A DNA stretch of 51,129 bases from a virus. Lineage: Duplodnaviria > Caudoviricetes. The notes under the pieces were generated by a model. It did not search any database and was not told the origin of the DNA. It was given only the letters and a program-made list of their open reading frames with translations. The position numbers and the translations under genes are program-made. Where the stretch lies: positions 1-51,129 of IMG/VR virus record IMGVR_UViG_3300007965_000005. One strand, 5' to 3'. This document shows, piece by piece, positions 28,469 through 37,691 of this stretch (position 1 is the stretch's first letter; every line of letters starts with the position of its first letter).

Positions 28469-30427
28469 ATGAACTTCTACTTCGAAGACCTGATGGCAAG
28501 CCACTCTTGGGTGCCTATCAAGCAGGCTTGGTTTCGCATTCCGCTCACCCCGTTTTTCATCAAGGCGGCAAGCAGCGCCAATACGCGGACACGCGGATTT
28601 AGTGGCGATGATTTCTACCTGCAATTCAAATCAAACGGTCCGTTCGTTGCATCGGAAGACGTGGAGATTTTCTGCGGGTTTGCCGCCTACCGGACATTCA
28701 CTTCCGTCGATCTGGATGAGGATGCTGTCTCGAAGTGGAGTGGCTCGCGCACCCGTTCCTATCTGTTCAATACGGAGGCCAACACAGTAACCGTTAAAAC
28801 GGACGAAGTTGGCAGACCCACGATTGGCAACATCTGGCCGAATTCATCCACCACGGCGACGCAAGGTGCGACTGACAACGACCCACCGGATCACACCGAG
28901 ATCACTCTCTCAGAAGCGGTGGACAAAGCGTGGCTGAATGAAGAGTTCCAGCGGTGGATGGCAGAGTCGGATGACTTCCGCGACATTACCGGATCAGGTC
29001 TCGGAACCTATTCCTACATCGGGCCGGGGGCGACTCGAAGCGAGGGTGACGGCTATCTGGGAATCATCGGTGGCGGCGACGTGGTTGCCTTTGGCCCTTG
29101 GTTCACGGGAACGCCTTCCGGCATGGTTGGCAACGAGGGGGAAACGTGGAACGGACAGTTTTCCTCATGGGTGAACCGTGTGCGCCGGAAGAATGCACCT
29201 ATCCTTCACCGGGAAGTTTCCACCAATGACGGTTACGTCTCTGGAAGCGGATCGAATCTGGCGGTCGGTGATTCCATCTACCGGGCTGGGTATTCGGAAA
29301 TGGAACTTTCCGACCCAATCGGAGACAAGTGGATGGACGGCTACGGTGTGTTTCAGGATTCCGACGCACTCGATTCGGTTCCGATGACCGCAACATTCGG
29401 CTACGATCTTTACGGACTGCTGGCTCACAGGGGCACCGGCAAGGCCAATGAGCTGACGCTGGTGAGCCGAACGGGCAGACGCTATCGGGTCACGATCCAG
29501 ACAGGCCGGAACGAATACGACGAAGGACAGGACGACTCCGAATGGGTGACCAGCGAGAGCCATGTCCTGACAACAAGTGCCTCCACCCTTCAAGCGACTC
29601 TCACACTGGAGGAGGACGAGGACGCATGGGCAATCCGAGTTTCCCGCATCGAGGAGGAGGTGACCATCGACGACCAGGCACAGTGGCAGGTCGTTGCGGA
29701 TGCGGATACCTACGCGCAATACGTGGAGGATCTGCAAGCATGGCAGACTGCCTGGGACGCGTGGGACGCTGGCGGCCAGGTGGGTGACGCTCCAGTCAAA
29801 CCTGCCGAGAAGAAGGATCCTGCATCTCTCATCGGTTCGAACGTGGTGGGCGGCTACCTTCTTTTGGCGGCGATGAAGACACGGAGTGGCACAAGATTCG
29901 GGTTTTCGCCGCTCGTCTTTTCCTCGGAAAACGTGAACGACCGATACCGGAAACGCACGTTCAAGCTGCACCTCACGCCGGGGACTTTTGAATCCTACGA
30001 AGGAGAATGCGGCCTTGCGACCATCAGCGGATCGGCAGATCTGGAATGGAGCGAGGAATACCATGCTGAAACCGGAGTGCAGCTTCCCCGCGTTGTGGAC
30101 CAGTGGAACCTGAGCATCAACGGGCAGGACTGGACGCAGGATTCCAAATCCGACTTCGACAGCGTGTTCTTTTACGGATCGACTTCGAAAATCAACACCG
30201 CCACCAAAATCCGCCGAGAGGGGACTCACACATGGTCAGGCCGCTTCATCGTGGGCTTCGATGCCCCGGATCGCTTGGGCAAGGTGATCTCCTCTGATTG
30301 GACGAAGGTCGCCATGAACGTCACCGATGACGGGAACCGGGCGGCGGCCGTCGCTCTCGACCCACCAACTTCGGGGCAAAGCCTGTTCTTTGAAGGCCAT
30401 CGTCTGACCTACGGGGATGAGGAGTGA
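28469..30427 (+). CDS. Large acidic putative tail protein
   Basis: ~650 aa ORF in tail operon. Confidence 0.55.
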   Translation: MNFYFEDLMASHSWVPIKQAWFRIPLTPFFIKAASSANTRTRGFSGDDFYLQFKSNGPFVASEDVEIFCGFAAYRTFTSVDLDEDAVSKWSGSRTRSYLFNTEANTVTVKTDEVGRPTIGNIWPNSSTTATQGATDNDPPDHTEITLSEAVDKAWLNEEFQRWMAESDDFRDITGSGLGTYSYIGPGATRSEGDGYLGIIGGGDVVAFGPWFTGTPSGMVGNEGETWNGQFSSWVNRVRRKNAPILHREVSTNDGYVSGSGSNLAVGDSIYRAGYSEMELSDPIGDKWMDGYGVFQDSDALDSVPMTATFGYDLYGLLAHRGTGKANELTLVSRTGRRYRVTIQTGRNEYDEGQDDSEWVTSESHVLTTSASTLQATLTLEEDEDAWAIRVSRIEEEVTIDDQAQWQVVADADTYAQYVEDLQAWQTAWDAWDAGGQVGDAPVKPAEKKDPASLIGSNVVGGYLLLAAMKTRSGTRFGFSPLVFSSENVNDRYRKRTFKLHLTPGTFESYEGECGLATISGSADLEWSEEYHAETGVQLPRVVDQWNLSINGQDWTQDSKSDFDSVFFYGSTSKINTATKIRREGTHTWSGRFIVGFDAPDRLGKVISSDWTKVAMNVTDDGNRAAAVALDPPTSGQSLFFEGHRLTYGDEE

Positions 30428-30451
30428 CCCGGTTGACACCAATCAAGGTGC

Positions 30452-31273
30452 GTGAAGCTCCACGTCGATCTGGAAACCCTGCAACTCATTGAAGGCCCGG
30501 GATTCCGCAATCCAGTCACATCGCTGCGATTCAAACGTGGCGATGCTGCCCAGCTTGAGGTGACATTCCTCGAAGGCGGATCCACGGCAGCCAGCATCGG
30601 CAACCCGTTGGCGCTCGAAATCCAGTTCGGAATCAAGCCGCGCTCGCGATACGACATCGGCTATCTCGTTCACGACTCGGTTTGGACGATGCCGGCCATC
30701 GACGCGGAGTCGCCCGTCTATCAGTGCTCGCCCAGCTTCAATACGGTGGAACTCGATTCCGCCCTCGGAGTGGGATCTGCTACCGGCACCGAGCTTTCCG
30801 AAATCACGCTCATGGGCGAGATCACATGGCGCGAGGGCACAGGCCAGCCAACGTCCACCCGCACATTCCTTGTCGTCGTCGAGAACGACGTGAACCGGGG
30901 AACGGAAGGCGTGCCCGTCTCGGCGGAACCGGCATACCCGGCAGCCACCAGCATTGAACTCAAGACCAACAAGGGGGTGGCGAACGGCTATGCCCCGCTC
31001 GATGCAGACGGCAAGGTGCCCGCGGCCAATCTCCCGGGTGGCATTCTGATCGACCCGGCAATCACCACTCTCACCGGAACCGGCAGCAACGCGCTCGCCG
31101 CCATCGTTTCCACGACACTGCCACTTGACCGGGTTCTCGGGGTCGTGGTCGGCGGCACGCTTTCCTTCTATCAGCTAGCGGGCGGAACCAGCGCGACCGC
31201 ATCCCCAGGTATCATCCGCCCCAACGACTACCACGCGACCACCAACGCGAGGTTCTGGAAACAAATCCTCTGA
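30452..31273 (+). CDS. Baseplate upper / fibre adaptor-like protein
   Basis: FKRGDAAQLEVTF N-terminus; KGVANGYAPLDADGKVP fibre motif. Confidence 0.6.
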   Translation: MKLHVDLETLQLIEGPGFRNPVTSLRFKRGDAAQLEVTFLEGGSTAASIGNPLALEIQFGIKPRSRYDIGYLVHDSVWTMPAIDAESPVYQCSPSFNTVELDSALGVGSATGTELSEITLMGEITWREGTGQPTSTRTFLVVVENDVNRGTEGVPVSAEPAYPAATSIELKTNKGVANGYAPLDADGKVPAANLPGGILIDPAITTLTGTGSNALAAIVSTTLPLDRVLGVVVGGTLSFYQLAGGTSATASPGIIRPNDYHATTNARFWKQIL

Positions 31274-31279
31274 CATCCC

Positions 31280-31996
31280 ATGAAACTCAGCATTTCAATC
31301 CTACTTGCTCTCAGCGTTGGCGTATTCGCCCAGACCGCCGCCGTAACCAAGAACCCGAACAACAACCAGATCACCGGCAATCTCGTGATGGGGGCGAATA
31401 GAACACTTCAATTTGACCCTAATAGTTTTCTCATTCTCAATGGAACACTGCGGACGGGCGGTTCTGGTGACGGTCCCGGCAAGGTCCAAGTCAATAGTAA
31501 CGGTGCCGTTTTCGGTGGTGTTGAGGCGATGCTGACCGTCCAAGGGCGCAACAACCATGCGGTCATCGCCCGCACTCCAGCCCCCACCGATGGCATCGCT
31601 TTGGTCGGTTGGAGCAGCAGCGGAGCGGCGGGCGTCAAGGCGGTGCAGGACACCTATTTCACTTCGCCGACTCTCACCGCATGGCGTGACCTGTCAGTGG
31701 GCGCAACCGGCCTGGAAGCCACTCCAGGTCTTCTGGTCGCCACTTCTGGCGGCACGGTCGGGCAGGCCACCACGCAGTCGGCAGTCGAGGTTAAAGTTCT
31801 CGGCACGACCAATGCCAAGATCACTTGGAACGGCTTCATCACATCCCGCGACAAGCCGGTGATGCGCTTCCACGGACGGCTATCCGCTGCTCCTACCGGC
31901 ACCTACGGCACGGACTTCTCGGCCGGCGACCTGTTCTACAACACCACCGACAGCAAGTTCTACTGCCACGACGGAGTCTCGTGGAAGCCATTCTGA
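31280..31996 (+). CDS. Fibre-like beta protein with signal-peptide-like N-terminus
   Basis: MKLSISILLALSVGVFA; C-terminal GDLFYNTTDSKFYCHDGVSW. Confidence 0.55.
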   Translation: MKLSISILLALSVGVFAQTAAVTKNPNNNQITGNLVMGANRTLQFDPNSFLILNGTLRTGGSGDGPGKVQVNSNGAVFGGVEAMLTVQGRNNHAVIARTPAPTDGIALVGWSSSGAAGVKAVQDTYFTSPTLTAWRDLSVGATGLEATPGLLVATSGGTVGQATTQSAVEVKVLGTTNAKITWNGFITSRDKPVMRFHGRLSAAPTGTYGTDFSAGDLFYNTTDSKFYCHDGVSWKPF

Positions 31997-32029
31997 CCTT
32001 CGCGTTGACACACTCACCAAAACGACACC

Positions 32030-32731
32030 ATGCAAAACAAACTGAAAACCACACTGACCCTGCTGTTCGCAGGGGTTATCAACCTACAAGCTCAAGCTCC
32101 TGCAAACAAGGAATCCACGGCGAAGGAACCCACAGCCAATGAGGCCGCGTGGAATGCTCTTATCGGCACCCGAATTGAAGCAGGTGCGACAAACCCGGCA
32201 CTGGCCGCCACAACCGCCGCAACCACCCCGGAAGCTATCGCGATCAAGGAGAAAATCCTGGCGGGAACCACCATCACCAACACGGAAGCCAGCGCCGTAG
32301 GTGTCATCGCCAAGGCCAATGGCGGGGAGGCAGCCTTGCGCGAGGCATTCAGGGCGATTGCAGCAAGCTCGAAGACCGGCGCTGGTGTTTCGAGGGCACG
32401 CGCAGCCGTCAAGCTCTGGGATCGTGACCTGACCGGTTGGACTGATGAGATGCTTGATCTCCGACCGGACCAGGCATCCATGCTCGCCATGAGTCCCGAG
32501 GCCACGCCGGAATTTAAACTCCGAGTGTGGAATGTAATCAAGGATCGCAGCGCCCATAACTGCCGGAGTTTGTTCAAGGCATACCGGGGCACGTTCCCGA
32601 AGGCCGTGCAGATTGAGATCACCCAGAAGCAGAAGGACATCCTCCTTGCCCTTCCTATCCGTGACGCCAGGGCCAATGCGTGGCTTGCTGAAATGTCCGC
32701 CGACCTGATCGCCCTCCAACTCGACCAGTGA
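32030..32731 (+). CDS. Secreted hypothetical protein
   Basis: Signal peptide ending AQA. Confidence 0.6.
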   Translation: MQNKLKTTLTLLFAGVINLQAQAPANKESTAKEPTANEAAWNALIGTRIEAGATNPALAATTAATTPEAIAIKEKILAGTTITNTEASAVGVIAKANGGEAALREAFRAIAASSKTGAGVSRARAAVKLWDRDLTGWTDEMLDLRPDQASMLAMSPEATPEFKLRVWNVIKDRSAHNCRSLFKAYRGTFPKAVQIEITQKQKDILLALPIRDARANAWLAEMSADLIALQLDQ

Positions 32732-32734
32732 ACC

Positions 32735-33097
32735 ATGAAGCCAGTCCTTTCATTGATTGCCATCATCTGCCTCGTCGTTCCGGCGGCGGGGCAGTCGCCA
32801 TCACCAGTAAATACTCAGACCGTCGCAGTCGATCCGACTACGAATGATCCGACCGTGAAGGCGCTTACTGCCCTGCTTGAGTCCAAGAAGCGGGCCGCTC
32901 AGGGGAAGTTTCTCGTTTCCAGCGGGAGATTCGCCGCCCTGGCCGACAAAGAGCTTCTCCTTCGCGTCAAAAGCGAGGCTGACCGACCTAATTACGGCGG
33001 CAATGCCGCGGCCAAGACCAGCAAGAATCTCTGGCTCTCCGTAATCGAAGGCAAGGTTCAGCCACTCCCAAGCCAGCGGGGAAAGCCCGGAGGTTGA
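32735..33097 (+). CDS. Secreted hypothetical protein
   Basis: Signal peptide MKPVLSLIAIICLVVPAAG. Confidence 0.6.
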   Translation: MKPVLSLIAIICLVVPAAGQSPSPVNTQTVAVDPTTNDPTVKALTALLESKKRAAQGKFLVSSGRFAALADKELLLRVKSEADRPNYGGNAAAKTSKNLWLSVIEGKVQPLPSQRGKPGG

Positions 33098-33113
33098 CAC
33101 ACTGCCTTCAGCC

Positions 33114-33302
33114 ATGCGCCACCCAATCGACATCGACTACACGTTCAAGGCCATCGTCGGAATCGCTTCTCCGGTGCTCGGTGTAATCACGTCTCTTCAA
33201 GAGCAAGTCGAATGGACTCTGCGGGTGGCATCCCTACTTGTGGGTCTAGCCGTCGGTATCATGTCGCTCGTCAGCATGGCTCGAAAACTGAGGCGAAAGT
33301 GA
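33114..33302 (+). CDS. Small 2-TM holin-like protein
   Basis: Two hydrophobic segments, basic C-terminus, motif-preceded start. Confidence 0.6.
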   Translation: MRHPIDIDYTFKAIVGIASPVLGVITSLQEQVEWTLRVASLLVGLAVGIMSLVSMARKLRRK

Positions 33303-33308
33303 ACCAAT

Positions 33309-33344
33309 AAAAACCCCGGATGGTTCTCACCGTCCGGGGTTTTT
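33309..33344. terminator. Bidirectional intrinsic terminator
   Basis: AAAAACCCCGGATGGT-TCTC-ACCGTCCGGGGTTTTT between convergent genes. Confidence 0.9.
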
Positions 33345-33355
33345 CGTATTCAGCA

Positions 33356-33583
33356 TCAGGTGGCATTGATTCCGTATTTCTTTCGAATGGCCGCCATGAC
33401 CGCATCAAGCTCGTAAAGGTAGAGCCGTGGCGTAACTTTGATGCAGGGGATTTCGCGACGTTGAACCCACGCGTCAATCGTGTGGGGGCTGACCGATAGC
33501 CGTTTGGCTAGTTCTTTCTTTTTGATCAGAATAGGATCGTTCTTCGTCGCCGGATCGTTGGTGGAGTGAATGACAGTGTTCAT
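33356..33583 (-). CDS. Excisionase-like HTH protein
   Basis: KKELAKRLSVSPHTIDAWVQRREIP; coupled to integrase. Confidence 0.8.
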   Translation of the reverse strand: MNTVIHSTNDPATKNDPILIKKKELAKRLSVSPHTIDAWVQRREIPCIKVTPRLYLYELDAVMAAIRKKYGINAT

Positions 33584-34905
33584 GCGGCATCGGCTTCGTT
33601 GTCAACATGCGGTGTCCCATCTTGTGCCAGCAAGCGACGCATCCGCTCCCGCAGGCTGAGCTTGAGTCCCGTCGGCATCCAGCCATCCGGCGGCGTGATA
33701 CCGAACCATGTTTGGGCGGCCTCCTCATCCACGATTTCCCGGTAGTGGCGGAAGATCATTTTCGGGGAGTTGCCTGCCTCCAGAGAGGTCCGTGCCACGT
33801 CGCCTGTCATGGACACGCGATAGCTGATGAACGAGTGTCTGAGAGCATTCTGACGCCATCCACCGGGGATTTTCGCCTTCACGGCGGTATCGCCCAAGGC
33901 ACCTGAAACATCGCTGATCGTGAGGATCGGGCCGGTTTCCCCGCGCCATGGTGCAAGCCACGCTTTGAGGTTCTCGGGAAGGGGGACGAGTCGCCGTGCC
34001 GCCGTCTTCGCCTTGTGGCCGGCGATCTCGATATGACCGCGATCCCACTTGATGTCCTGCCAGGTGAGGCGTTCGACCTCGGCAGACCGGATTCCGCAGA
34101 ATCCGCCGATGGCGATCAGCGGCAGGATGCGGGCATGGGCGGCGAGCAGAATGTCACGCATCTCGTCTGGCGTGAAAATCTCGATCTCTTTCTCAGGCTC
34201 CTTGAATGAGTCACTCTGTTCTGCGGCCGTCTTCCGGTCGGGATGGAGGTATCCCTGCTTCTTGGCGAAACCGAACATCGTGACGAGGTTTCGCCGGATG
34301 CCGTTCTTGCTGACCGGCCCGAGACTTTTGAGTCCATCGAGGAACCGGTTGATGTCGGCTACGCTGACATCTGCGATATTTCCCGGCATGGCATCGGTGA
34401 ACCGCTTGAGGCTACTGGTCGCGTTCCGAACATAGATGGCACTCACGCCCTTGCGTTTCAGCGACACGACGAACTCGGCGGCCACCTGGACATTGGTCCG
34501 GACAGCGAAGAGGTCGGCTCGGTTCGCCTGATAGAACCGGACGGCATCGGAGAGCGGGATTTCACCTGCGGCCTTTCGTGCGCTGGCCCATTCGTCCATC
34601 GCGGCGGCAAGACCGACCCCGTGCTCCCGTGCCACCTGCTCGCAATGGCGAAGTAGGTCGATGTCGCGGCGGGTCGCCTCATCAGCGGCCGTCCAGCCAT
34701 TGGTCAGCCTGACGCTGATCTGCTGGGCGATCATCCGAGCTTCGTCCATGGCAGAGAAGCTGCGGGTCTTTCGGCGGCCAGCCTCCTTCCATGCCAGCGT
34801 GAACTCAGGATAACCATCCCGACGGTTCATCGTGTAGATCTTGATTCTCGCGGGACCGTTGCCGATTTCCACGATACTGCTGCGACGTTTGCGTTTCCGG
34901 GTCAT
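33580..34905 (-). CDS. Tyrosine integrase (prophage)
   Basis: GIRSAE, KAKT, NALRHSF, AGNS, RHY; start by motif and alignment with paralogue. Confidence 0.92.
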   Translation of the reverse strand: MTRKRKRRSSIVEIGNGPARIKIYTMNRRDGYPEFTLAWKEAGRRKTRSFSAMDEARMIAQQISVRLTNGWTAADEATRRDIDLLRHCEQVAREHGVGLAAAMDEWASARKAAGEIPLSDAVRFYQANRADLFAVRTNVQVAAEFVVSLKRKGVSAIYVRNATSSLKRFTDAMPGNIADVSVADINRFLDGLKSLGPVSKNGIRRNLVTMFGFAKKQGYLHPDRKTAAEQSDSFKEPEKEIEIFTPDEMRDILLAAHARILPLIAIGGFCGIRSAEVERLTWQDIKWDRGHIEIAGHKAKTAARRLVPLPENLKAWLAPWRGETGPILTISDVSGALGDTAVKAKIPGGWRQNALRHSFISYRVSMTGDVARTSLEAGNSPKMIFRHYREIVDEEAAQTWFGITPPDGWMPTGLKLSLRERMRRLLAQDGTPHVDNEADAA

Positions 34906-35016
34906 AGACCCCGGCTTTCGAGTCAACTTGTCAGAAAAACTGTCAGGAAAATCTGTCCCGGTTTGCTCTGACGGCTCGCAAGTTGTTGATGGTGTATCGG
35001 TTGGCTCGATGGAGCA

Positions 35017-35038
35017 ACCAGATGGCGGAGAGGGTGGG
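35017..35038. repeat. att core, copy of tRNA-Ser 3' end
   Basis: ACCAGATGGCGGAGAGGGTGGG matches 49550-49571 at 21 of 22 nt; IHF-like boxes at 34979-34991 and 35061-35073. Confidence 0.8.
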
Positions 35039-35100
35039 GTGAAATCCCCATCTCACTCCAAATCAATGCCTTGCGAGGCATTAGACGCGACCTCGTTAGA

Positions 35101-35123
35101 GATTCCACGCAGAATTCCACACA
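35101..35123 (+). repeat. Tandem ATTCCAC(A/G)C arm-type sites
   Basis: Same tandem pair recurs at 49427-49448 inside the other end. Confidence 0.65.
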
Positions 35124-35149
35124 AATCGTTGACACGGGGTGCATCTGCA

Positions 35150-36433
35150 ATGAACCCGAAAAAGAAACGTCGCAGCAGTGTCGTGGAAATTGGCAAAGGA
35201 CCGGCCCGCGTCCGCATTTACACAATCCAGCGGAAGGATGGTTACCCGCAGTTCACACTATGCTGGAAGGAGGGCGGCAGGCGTAGAACCCGTTGCTTCG
35301 CCTGCATGGACGAGGCCCGTATGATTGCCCAACAGACGACCGTGCGGTTGACTAACACCTGTCACGCGACGGATGAAGCGACAAAGCGCGACATCGAAGT
35401 TCTGCGACATTGCGAGGGATTGGCGAATCAACTTGGCGTGACGCTGGTTGCCGCCATGGAGGAATGGGTGAGCGCACGCAAGACGGCGGTCGGGGTGACG
35501 CTTTCAGATGCCGTGAGGTTCTACGCCGCCAACCGCACCGACCTGCTGCCGTCCAAGACCGTGGCTCAGGTGGCTGACGAGTTTGTCGAGTCTCTCCGCA
35601 ACAAGGGTGTGAGCGCGATCTATGTTCGGAGTTGCAAGCTGCATCTCAAGGGATTCACCGCGAAGGTCGGCTGCAATATCGCGGACGTGACGGTGGCGGA
35701 CGTGAACCAATACTTGAGTGGTCGGAAAAGCCTCGGACCTGTCAGTAAAAACGGCATCCGGCGCAACATCGTTACGATGTTCGGTTTCGCCAAGCGGCAA
35801 GGGTATCTGCATCCCGACCGCAAGACCGCCGCCGAGCAGTCGGAAACCTTCATGGAGCCGGAAACGGAGATTCAGATTTTCACACCGGAGGAAATGGAAC
35901 GCCTGCTATTGGCGAGCCATGCCCGCCTGCTGCCGCTCTTGGCCATCGGTGCTTTTGCCGGAATTCGGTCAGCTGAAATCCAGCGGCTTGATTGGGACGA
36001 CATCAAGTGGGACCGGGGTCATATTGAAATTGCCGGACGAAAAGCCAAGACCGCGGCACGGCGTCTCGTTCCCCTGCCCGACAACCTGAAAGCATGGCTG
36101 GCTCCATGGCGTGAGGCGACCGGCCCAATCGTCCCGATTTCCGACGCTTCCGGCGCACTCGGTGATGTCGCCGTGAAAGCTCAGATTCCCGGTGGATGGC
36201 GTCAGAATGGCCTTAGACACTCGTTCATCAGCTATCGGGTTGCGGAGATCGGCGACGTCGCCCGAACCTCTCTGGAGGCTGGCAACTCCCCAAAAATGAT
36301 CTTCCGCCACTACCGGGAGATTGTGGACGGTGAGGCGGCGAAAGCATGGTTCTCGATCATGCCGCCCGAGGTCTGGCCACCGACGGATTGGCAGCTCAGG
36401 TTCCGCAGGAAGCCACCGGGAAAGGCGGCATGA
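35150..36433 (+). CDS. Tyrosine integrase (element C)
   Basis: GIRSAE, NGLRHSF, AGNS, RHY; close paralogue of 33580..34905. Confidence 0.92.
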   Translation: MNPKKKRRSSVVEIGKGPARVRIYTIQRKDGYPQFTLCWKEGGRRRTRCFACMDEARMIAQQTTVRLTNTCHATDEATKRDIEVLRHCEGLANQLGVTLVAAMEEWVSARKTAVGVTLSDAVRFYAANRTDLLPSKTVAQVADEFVESLRNKGVSAIYVRSCKLHLKGFTAKVGCNIADVTVADVNQYLSGRKSLGPVSKNGIRRNIVTMFGFAKRQGYLHPDRKTAAEQSETFMEPETEIQIFTPEEMERLLLASHARLLPLLAIGAFAGIRSAEIQRLDWDDIKWDRGHIEIAGRKAKTAARRLVPLPDNLKAWLAPWREATGPIVPISDASGALGDVAVKAQIPGGWRQNGLRHSFISYRVAEIGDVARTSLEAGNSPKMIFRHYREIVDGEAAKAWFSIMPPEVWPPTDWQLRFRRKPPGKAA

Positions 36434-36449
36434 AGCATGGGAATCTAAT

Positions 36450-36917
36450 TCAACGGCGGGATCTTTTTACGAGCATCGGTCGGGTTTCGATAGGACGCTT
36501 CTGCTTTTCCTTTTGAATGAAATCCATGGCCTGATCCAAAGGCATGCACAGGGACTCGAGCGCGACCCTCAGTGGCTCAAGGTCCTTCCACACCCATTTC
36601 CAGATGGGATGCTCGGGGAACCATGTCGCCCGCCGCAATGCCCGCCGCAGCGAATGTGCCTTGATATGAATCTCCTTTGCCAACTGGTAAGTTTCTGCCG
36701 CATTAAGGCATCCCCGGTCGCCCTTACCGATTTCAGGCATGACGACTTTGCGGTGTTGCTCGACCCATTGCCGGACCCGCCGTGAATCCGGGATGACCCA
36801 GTGACCGCCGGGGGATCGCGTGGCTTTCGGAATCTCGCCATTCTCAGCCATGCGTTGAATCTGGCGCTTGGAGTAGCCAGTGAGTGCCGCAAGCTCGGAT
36901 GTGGTAATATGTGACAT
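36450..36917 (-). CDS. HTH DNA-binding regulator
   Basis: TTSELAALTGYSKRQIQRMAENGEIP. Confidence 0.75.
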   Translation of the reverse strand: MSHITTSELAALTGYSKRQIQRMAENGEIPKATRSPGGHWVIPDSRRVRQWVEQHRKVVMPEIGKGDRGCLNAAETYQLAKEIHIKAHSLRRALRRATWFPEHPIWKWVWKDLEPLRVALESLCMPLDQAMDFIQKEKQKRPIETRPMLVKRSRR

Positions 36918-37047
36918 GTGACCAAACGTGTTCAGTTGACACGGGACCCATGGTATGGATCAGCAAATACATACCGTCCGCCATGACACATTGAGACCCA
37001 TATTGCCGAAAACCTGCCGTTTCGTTGACACGACGGCTGTTGGCAAT

Positions 37048-37305
37048 ATGCAAACTCAAGCCAATGCCCACGTCAATCGCCTGCTCACTGAAAACGAAGC
37101 CTGCGAATATCTCCGCGTCCGTCCCCGCCAGCTCTTCAACTGGCGCATGAGCGGACTCGTTCCATTCATCCGCATCGGTCGTGCCATCCGATTCCGCGTC
37201 AGCGATCTGGATGCCGCCGTGGATCGGATGACGATCAATCCCATCCAGCCTGTCGCCTCCGCAGGTCAAACCTCCAACCCCGCCCACGGCCATGACTTGG
37301 TTTGA
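37048..37305 (+). CDS. Excisionase/AlpA-like HTH protein (alternative in-frame start 36955)
   Basis: LLTENEACEYLRVRPRQLFNWRMSGLVPFIRIGRAIRF. Confidence 0.8.
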   Translation: MQTQANAHVNRLLTENEACEYLRVRPRQLFNWRMSGLVPFIRIGRAIRFRVSDLDAAVDRMTINPIQPVASAGQTSNPAHGHDLV

Positions 37306-37681
37306 TCAAGACGGAAGGCCCGCCGCCGTGGACACGACCCACCCGGTTGACCTGTTGGAGCCTGAGGATACTCAGCCAGAGCGCGGCACGCCGTCGCTGA
37401 TAACCGTCGTCGATGCGGTCGCCAGAACGTTTTTCACTGGTGACCCAAGAATCACTCTCGTCGCGTGGCGCATCCTACTCGGTGACGAGTGGGCGTCGAT
37501 CCGTGCTTGTGCCCGACGCGCCGGATGCACCGCTGCGGCCATCAGCAGGCGGTTGGCAATCCTCTCACGGCAGTTTAACCAACGACCGCCCGCGACACAC
37601 CAGAAGCGACTGACTCGATGGGAGCAGCGCGAGAAGTTCCAAGACCCACTCAAGCAAAAGCGCCTCAATCTCCAAACCTGA
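37292..37681 (+). CDS. Hypothetical protein with HTH-like segment
   Basis: SIRACARRAGCTAAAISRRL. Confidence 0.55.
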   Translation: MTWFDQDGRPAAVDTTHPVDLLEPEDTQPERGTPSLITVVDAVARTFFTGDPRITLVAWRILLGDEWASIRACARRAGCTAAAISRRLAILSRQFNQRPPATHQKRLTRWEQREKFQDPLKQKRLNLQT

Positions 37682-37691
37682 ATTCATTTTC

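Larger units (their letters stand above)
8720..35016 (+). mobile_element. Siphovirus-like prophage (~26 kb)
   Basis: Terminase, portal, protease, capsid, tail, lysis, xis and int genes; left boundary inferred from repeats only. Confidence 0.85.

Noticed and set aside
27814-31996. Diversity-generating retroelement or invertible fibre cassette
   Set aside because: No reverse transcriptase, invertase or template/variable repeat pair seen
34841-35149. N-terminal extension of the 530-aa integrase ORF
   Set aside because: It crosses the att site; paralogue alignment and the upstream motif place the start at 35150
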